This document shows, one piece after another, positions 55,888-64,000 of a stretch of 64,000 nt of DNA. Origin of the DNA: Octopus vulgaris (lineage: Eukaryota). A program made the position numbers and the translations under genes. Location: contig OX597825.1 of the NCBI GenBank assembly GCA_951406725.2, positions 64,046,001 through 64,110,000 of the forward strand, written 5' to 3'. Under the pieces are notes generated by a model. It saw only the letters and a program-made list of their open reading frames with translations. It was not told the DNA's origin and did not search any database. Every line of letters begins with the position of its first letter. Positions within the stretch are counted from its first letter, which is position 1.

Positions 55888-55975
55888 TGAGAAGAAGAAG
55901 AAGAAGAAGAAGAAGAAGAAGAAGAAGAAGAAGAAGAAGAAGAAGAAGAAGAAGAAGAAGAAGAAGAAGAAGAAG
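55888..55975. repeat. (GAA)n microsatellite
   Basis: Direct reading. Confidence 0.97.
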
Positions 55976-56151
55976 GGGAAGAGGAAGACAACCACAACAA
56001 CAAAAATCCTAGCATTAGCAACAGTTTACAGATAAATTACGTGCAGCTATTGTTAAGGAAACATTTCACCTGATTTCATCCTGATTTCGATTCGTACTCG
56101 GGCGTTCTCGACTAAAATTTAGTAATCCAGGGATACACACACACACGCACG

Positions 56152-56236
<85 letters not shown>

Positions 56237-56266
56237 ATATATATGTATGTGTATATATATATATAT

Positions 56267-56503
56267 GGAGGCGCAATGGCCTAGTGGTTAGGGCAGCGGA
56301 CTCGCGGTCGTAGGATTGCGGTTTCGATTCCCAGACCGGGTGTTGTGAGTGTTTATTGAGCAAAAAACCTAAAAGCTCTCACTGTTTCTTCTGTTGGCCT
56401 GCTCGCTTAGCCAGAGGGGTGGCGTCATTCGAAGGCTAAAACAATGCGAACGCATTGTGACCAGCGAGGTGTAGCAACATCTGATGGTCTGGTCGGTCAC
56501 GTA
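56267..56503 (+). mobile_element. SINE family C with another distinct tail, inserted in (TA)n
   Basis: Head as at 13611; tail gttggcctgctcgcttagccag...ctgatggtctggtcggtcacgt. Confidence 0.85.
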
Positions 56504-56546
56504 ATATATATATATACACATATATATCTAATATATATATATATGA

Positions 56547-56604
<58 letters not shown>

Positions 56605-57169
56605 CTATGTATATATTTATATATATATAAACTAGAATGATTAAACACGTTAATGATTTTTATCAGGTAGTCAGCATGCTATCAAAATTTATACGTAATT
56701 TATACGTTAAATCAATAATAATATACATATATATTTTTTAATAAGGGAAAAAGGCAAAAATGGCCTAACTCAAGCATGCTTGAAATGCCGAGACCTGAGG
56801 GTTTTTAATACTTTTTCTCCAGCCTGCTTTCAGTTATGTGTATATTTATCTGGAGTTTTTGGTAGCTAAATGAAGGTCTCTGCACTTCAAATATACTGGT
56901 GATAGGTTATTTAACACTTGTTTTGCTATGTATAACAGGCGATACGCAGACACCACATCTAATAATAATTTCAGTGTCTAAGAAATGATTGCGTGCATGT
57001 TATGCATTATACAATATATTTGCATACGTACAAATTAGTACGAATATCGAATTATTTTATAATGTGTAGCATGCATACTAGTGCACACATAGGAATAATA
57101 ACTATTATTATTGAATGAGGCAGGATATGAACTGACTGTAATGTTGAGAATGAGAAGTAGTTAAATATT

Positions 57170-57382
57170 TTCACCTCGCGTATCTACTGAAATTCTAACG
57201 GTTTATATACTACACCTCGGAGTATGATAGATTTGTTGGGTGGAGGTGCTTATCTCCCCTGTTTCAAAACTCAAGAGCGCTTGTGTCACATAGCCAAATA
57301 GAAACAGTGTTTCTTGGGGCTAAATAGCAGTAGAAATCTTCCCTTTCTTGGAACTGCCACGCTAAGTTGGCAACAAGCCATC

Positions 57383-57390
<8 letters not shown>
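57170..57390 (+). mobile_element. relative of the 27890-28150 / 54463-54538 element family, ending in (TA)n
   Basis: atctcccctgtttc...gtgtcacatagc...cttggggctaaatagcagta. Confidence 0.45.
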
Positions 57391-57450
<60 letters not shown>

Positions 57451-57566
57451 TATATATATATGTGTGTGTGTGTATGTATACGTGTATTTATTTATATTTA
57501 TATATCGATATTGATATTTTTGTACGCACATAAGTATGTAGATTTTTGTGCGTTTAGATATTTGCA

Positions 57567-57713
<147 letters not shown>

Positions 57714-58171
57714 TGAAGATAGGCAACATGATAGTAACATTGGCAGACAGTTGAAAAGGTCAGAAGATATTTCTTCTTTCATTTGTCAGTCAGTTGAAAA
57801 GACATTATGTATCAATTTCTCTCAGAAATATATCAATCCCGAAGAATTGTCTTATTGGATTTAGTCTTTTACCCTTTAAAAACCACGAACGATATATATT
57901 ATGCGATAGATATGCTTCAAATACGGAGATCTGTTTAACGGTTAGACTATTATATTAACCCATTGCTAATCAAATATAAACAGATAAAAACTATTTATGT
58001 TAAATCGGTGATCATCCAAACATTATATCTCATACTTACCTGCATGTAAAATGATGTTGCTTGCGTTATTTTCAGTTTCTATTATGAAACTATGCGATAA
58101 ACCCCCACAACATATATCTTAATGTCATGCAAGTCAAGGTCGTGTGTGATAGAATGATACCTACCTACATA

Positions 58172-58228
<57 letters not shown>

Positions 58229-58248
58229 GAGAGAGAGAGAGAGACATA

Positions 58249-58289
<41 letters not shown>

Positions 58290-58309
58290 CACATATATAT
58301 ACATATATA

Positions 58310-58670
58310 AAATATAGATAGATGGGTAAAGGTAAGATCCAAAGATCGAGCTGTAGGAAGGAAGTTAGCTTTAAGCAATCCGTAGAATTTATCAAAAAAT
58401 AAATTTGAGGAACCGCTTATTGATGCGGTTGGTTGTGAATTCTTCGCGTATCGAAGTACGATGAGCTGAAAAAAAATGTATTTATTACTTGACGGTTCGC
58501 AACCGGGGTTGCCAGGTATGCGAATTAAAATCCAAGAGTTAAAGAATAGAGTAGATAAAACCTGGACTATGTATATTTCATAGCGGGTGAAACCTCGGCA
58601 GTGAAAAATATCCAAGTGAGATGTGTACCGCAGTCTACTGTTAAGGCCAAAGGTATCTTGATTATTTATA
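58310..58670 (-). mobile_element. (TA)n-embedded element homologous to 6860-7060
   Basis: See 6860-7060; flanked by TA-rich tracts. Confidence 0.5.
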
Positions 58671-59173
58671 TATATATATATATATATATAGTGTACATTT
58701 AAACACATAAGCGGTATCCGTCACGATATTCTGGCACGCTAGAAGGAACAGCCAAAATCCAAAACACTATGAGGGAAAAACTTTGAAGGGAATAAAAAAT
58801 GGAAACATTTACCATCTATCTCCTGGACCATGGTTTCTGACATTTTGATCAAAGAAAATAATTTGCTAGGCGAAGTCATCATCAACAGGTACGCCTAGAT
58901 TAAACATATAAGTACGAGGTAATCCAGCAAGTGTCTCTTGCTTATGCATTATAAGTTTTCAAATCCACTGCGCAATTAAAATTTATTTTATTGAAAAAGT
59001 AAAAAAAAATATAATTTTGCAAAATCTGACAATTAATAAAACACACATTCACAAATCGACACAAAGAGAAAATTTCTTAGTCGGGTCAAATTTGTTTCCA
59101 TCAAGTAAAGAGATACATCTTCAATAGATTAATTTGGTTTTACGACGAACGGATATTTTGTTAGGAAATAAAA

Positions 59174-59414
59174 CAGTGGTTCCCAAGTTTTTTTCAGGCT
59201 GCCGCTCCGTTGACACCCAGGCCACATTCCTACCGCCACACCGCAACAAACCATCACAAACATAGACCTCTTTCTAAACCGCTAACCTATTATCGCCCCA
59301 CTTCGGGCGATAATAGGTTACTGAATTGAAAAAAATAGTGCCATATTCAACGCCCGCATGGAACCTTCTACCGCTCTTAGGAAGGGGCAATACCGCCCAA
59401 TTTGAGAACCACTG
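59174..59414. mobile_element. hAT (Charlie-like) MITE
   Basis: TIRs cagtggttcccaa / ttgagaaccactg; degenerate 8-bp TSD aaataaaa/agttaaaa; internal 16-bp hairpin. Confidence 0.8.
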
Positions 59415-59454
59415 AGTTAAAAGATATTTCATTTACTAGTAATCAATTCTACTA

Positions 59455-59655
59455 CAGTCACAAGACTTGTAACTTGGGAGAAGAAACTAGCTGATTACAC
59501 CGCCCCCACCACTCAACTGGTACTTATTTCATCGACTTATTTCATTGATGAAAGGCAACATCGACCATGGTGGAATTTGAATTCAGAACGTAAGGACAGT
59601 GGAAATACCGCAAAGGATTTTGCCTGGCGTGCTAACTATTCTGCCAGCCCGCTGT
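59455..59655 (-). mobile_element. SINE family B variant
   Basis: actggtacttatttcatcgac...gatgaaaggcaacatcgacc...ggcgtgctaactattctgccagc. Confidence 0.75.
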
Positions 59656-61370
59656 CTTCGTTTCATTTACAATTAATACCATCAAATTAGAATTTGACCA
59701 TCAAATTAGAATTTGATGTGAATTTGATCTGAACAGAGTTTTAAATTTGACAAATAGTTTAATACGTATTAATGTAATGTCTAATGCTTTACCCTATAAA
59801 AATTCTTTGGAGAGTTTTACTGAATTTTACTGATTATATTTCATGTATTATCTGCCTAAACTAATTCCTTATAATCATGCTTCTATAAGCAATTTTCTCA
59901 TATTTGATGTATCATATCGAATATCAATATTCTGAATATCACTTAGTATTTTAAATTATTCATAATATGTTTACTTAACATATCGCTCTTCTTATTCAAG
60001 CGTGGACATCAATAATTATTCATTTGTACTCTGAACATGATCTGTTTTGGCTCTTTCAAATAAACCTCGCAACAGGAATCTAATAGGGAAAAAGGTGAGT
60101 ATTTATTTCATCTCATGCTAGAAAACCGACTTCCAAAACTCTCTTCTTACTGATGCATTCACCTGATATAAAAATACAGAACAGTTTGAAATCTCAAGGA
60201 ACATTGTGAATTAGAATTCCGGTGTATAGAAGTAGTATTAAGTTAATTATAATATGAACCAAATTAAGCACAAACCAAATCAGATATTCATTAAATTCAG
60301 CTGTCTTTAAAAGTTTCAGATAAAATTAATTATATATCTGATGTACATAGATATTATTCAGACAGGTACTAAAAACAATAATTTACAGTATTCTTGTTTA
60401 TTTTCTTGCATTTGCACTCGTCTATCGCTATCGTTTAGTACTGTCGTAAAAGCTTTCAATTCCTGAAGTGTCAATTGTTTCGGAAGTCTGTATTTGTTAA
60501 ATACTTCAATTTTTGATTTTAACCAGTACGTATTCTATTTTTGGCCATTGTTCCATGATTGATATTGAAGACGTCTAATGGAAGATAATTTATCATAACC
60601 ACATGAGCTTGCATGGATATTCTCCACCATTGTTGTGCAGTTCCGTATTTTTTTATCGAATTTTATTGTCTGCATTATAAAGATTTGTAAAGGCTTCTTG
60701 TTGTAAAGGGAATTTGCAAGTCAAAAATGCGAGGAAAATGTATGGAGACTTAAATAATAACGAAATGGATTCCATAAATTTAAGAACACAGACATATGTA
60801 AAAATATAATTTAAGAACACTGACAAACCACATGTAAAAATATAAAGTACGTCATAATAAGACCATGATTTGTTGCTTTCCAGTTTTAAATACATTTTTG
60901 CGTCGTAATGATGAATATGCAATCTACGCGCCATTATATCGTTTAATATGAAAACGAAGTTCTGAACGTTATGGAACAAACGTCATGGAAATTATTTATC
61001 CAAGTAAAACAAAGAGGTGAAATAATGGTATTTCAAATATCAATATCAAAAGTCATAGTTCAAATATATATTAAACTCTGTCGTACGCGCTCACGTATAC
61101 TAAGATACACACCAGTTTTAATCTAGTACCGTACGTCCCAAGGAAAATGCGTTTTCATGTAAACCTATACCTGTCTGCCTATCTATTATCTATGTATGTA
61201 TGTATGTATGTATGTATCTGTTTGTCTGTGTGTCTGAATGTCTGTCTGTCTGTTCATCCATGTGCCTGTCTATACATACACATATATGCGTGTGTGTGGA
61301 TGGATAGATAGATATACGCATATATACATTTACATTTGCATATTCATATATTTGCATATATATATATATA

Positions 61371-61758
61371 TACCAGCAGTATTGCCCGGCGTTGCTCGGG
61401 TTTGTTTTCTGTTTGACGCTCTAGAATTGGAAGTTTTGAAAAGTAAACATTTTGCATTATGTACCTTGTTATTCTCTTTAAGTGAACATTTTTCTGGTTG
61501 AAATACACGGAAAAATGGCGATACAGCAGTCCAAAAGTTGTAAAAAAAATAGAGATTTTCATAGAAAAAAAACAGATTTTTGGTCTTAACATGATCCGAT
61601 TTGAATTCTTTCTGCTACGGAATGAAGAGCAAGCCTTCTTCTATCATACTCTCAATTTTGATCAACTTGCGCCGCAGGGTCTCGGAGGAGATAGTGTTAG
61701 TTGAAGCCTACCAAACCTGCCACACACAGACAACTTCAGCTTTATATATATATATATA
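61371..61758 (-). mobile_element. non-autonomous Helitron-like element
   Basis: Minus strand begins (TA)n aaagctgaagttgtctgtgtgtgg and ends with the hairpin cccgagcaacgccggg followed by caatactgctgg (CTRR-like); no TSD seen. Confidence 0.65.
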
Positions 61759-61818
61759 AATGTACGTAGGTATATATTTATATATATATATGCATATATG
61801 TATATATATATGTATATA

Positions 61819-61891
<73 letters not shown>

Positions 61892-61892
61892 C

Positions 61893-62187
61893 CATGGAAT
61901 CTTCCATCGTAACACGACGTTTGAGGTTTTGAAAATTTCTTACTGAGCAAACACACCGATAAATTGTTTATAGTGAGCAAATGTTTGTGCATGCATTACC
62001 ACACACCCTCTATCAGATCGACATTACCTGCATAGGTGCAACAAATGCCATATGTCAGACTTTGAAATGACCACTGAGCAACGTGAAATGAAGTGTTTTC
62101 CTCGAGATCACAACGCAACGCCCAGTCTGGGAATCGAACCGACGATCTCGCAATTGTGAGTGCAACGCCCTAAGCACTAGGCCATCC
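61893..62187 (-). mobile_element. SINE family C relative with another tail
   Basis: Minus strand gatggcctagtgcttagggcgttgcactcac...ggttcgattcccagactgggcg. Confidence 0.75.
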
Positions 62188-63493
62188 GTCTTTATATATA
62201 TATATAAACATACACATGCACGCACGCGCGCACGCATACACGCACACACACATATATATATATAACGTCCACTTCGCTGCACATAGTCTCATATGCATAT
62301 CACTGTGCATGTATTTTTCTATGTGTTTGCCTGGCTGCATGTATTGTGTGTGTGTGTATGTATGTGTGTGTGCTCATGATACTTACACACTGACTAACGC
62401 TAGTTACATCTCAGTGGACGAGATGAATCATAGATCAGGTTAAAGATAATAAATCAGAAGGGATTTCCATTAAAACATCACACTGAACAATAACAGTTCA
62501 TGTTTTTTTCATTTATGTTGTTTTATATATTCACGCGGACACATATATACAATAGCAACTCACGCACATAATCAGGAACACATAAGGAGCACTGATTGAT
62601 TTTTGCTTTCATTTACAATGTTATGGCAGACGAACCCTGAAAAATCAATTGGTTGCATTATACACCTTCCAGCTTCTTTAATTATAAATATACTTTCTCT
62701 ACATTAGAGAACATGTACATACAGACACTGGATACGTTTATATGCAATTCATCCTCCTGGGATTCACACGAGAAAACGGTAAAAGTTCAGTTTATTATAT
62801 GTTGAAACATAACGTAAATAGTGTCTATATGCGCACTCATCCGAACGCGCATTGTAATCGTGACTTCGATTCCTGGACTGTGTGATGCTCTGGTTTCTGG
62901 AGCAAAATGCATCGTCTCAACTAGCTCTAGTCCTACTAATCCTTCTATCATTTATCGGACCTGTAGCTTTAAAAATCCTTGTTTTTATCCATATATACAC
63001 CACGTGAAGTTTTTGATAGTGGGTACAGTAATGCTTATCGACCATGGCTCAGATATAAGGATAGGCTGAAGAGTAACCATTGAACAAACAGCTTCGAAGC
63101 GAACAAAATGGAGATTGGGGCGCAAAGCAAATGAGGAAACAGCTGCAAATATACCGCCTGCACTGACCCGTAATCTTCAAACCTGCAGCATATATGGGAT
63201 TCTTAGCAATTCGTCGGCGGCAGTCAATGTCACATTCGACATAAACATTATAACTGGCAAAGAAAGTGTAAGTTGTAAGATCTTCATATTTTCACCCTCT
63301 GAAAACCGACAGAAGAGTCCATCATGTATATATATATAAAAAAGGAAATGAAGAAAATGCTGACAAAATAATTTAAGTAATTTAAGTAATTTAATTAGGT
63401 GAAAGTTCTTTTTACCGGTTGCGCATTTGTTATGCTTATCAAAAGATATTTTTTTAAGAGAGAAAGAGTTCCTTTCTGATAGATTTTTTCCTC

Positions 63494-63640
63494 ATGCGCC
63501 CTTTTAAAGCCTAGCCAGCTTCATGGGCCTGGTTTCCCGGTTTCAATGGTGTATGTGTTCCCTAGCTGGACGGGACGCCAGTCCATCGCAGCGTTACTCA
63601 TTTTTGCCAGCTGAGTGGACTGGAGCAACGTGAAATGAAG
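63494..63640 (-). mobile_element. SINE 3' fragment with CORE-like and V-SINE-like domains
   Basis: Minus strand gctccagtccactcagctggcaaaaatgagtaacgctgcgatggactggcgtcccgtccag. Confidence 0.75.
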
Positions 63641-64000
63641 AGCCCATAACGACTTGCAGAATTTTTGAATCTTGTAGTGAGAGTGGGAAAGGGGACATAT
63701 AGCAAGGTCCTATGTTTGGAACATTCAAATGAGCAGGAAAAATACCATGTGGCATCCAGTTAGACGTTCTCAAAGCCTCGACAATGCATTGTCTTCGATA
63801 AGTACATCTTCACTACTTCAAACAGATGAATATCAAAAGTTGGTGTCAGCCATATATGAACTTGGAGCGCAAAAGAACTCATTACAAATGTTACGATGCA
63901 ATTTTTCCGACGTTTTCTAATAACTCTGCTAGAAGTGTGATTGCGTGCACACGCGCCTCTGTGTGTGCATGCGTGTGAGTGGTTGTGTGTATGTGTTGTA

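Overview
AT-rich, microsatellite-dense, repeat-dominated eukaryotic DNA. The SINE repertoire and repeat landscape look like an octopus (coleoid cephalopod) intergenic or intronic region; this taxon call is an inference. I find no intact host gene, rRNA, true tRNA or CRISPR array, and almost all ORF-track entries are translations of microsatellites. The window holds three tRNA-derived SINE families (labelled A, B and C here), fragments of R4/Dong, RTE, CR1 and Penelope-like (GIY-YIG) retroelements, Tc1/mariner remnants, a hAT-type MITE and a non-autonomous Helitron-like element. Three patterns stand out: (i) short, mostly (TA)n-embedded Penelope-type elements carrying minimal type I hammerhead-ribozyme motifs, including a U3-A8 core variant; (ii) fold-back palindromes and inverted duplications, several anchored on microsatellites or element ends, consistent with template switching; (iii) SINE-B multimers with the same internal junction at two loci, and SINE-C heads with interchangeable tails. 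All alignments and folds were done by eye and coordinates of degenerate repeats are approximate.
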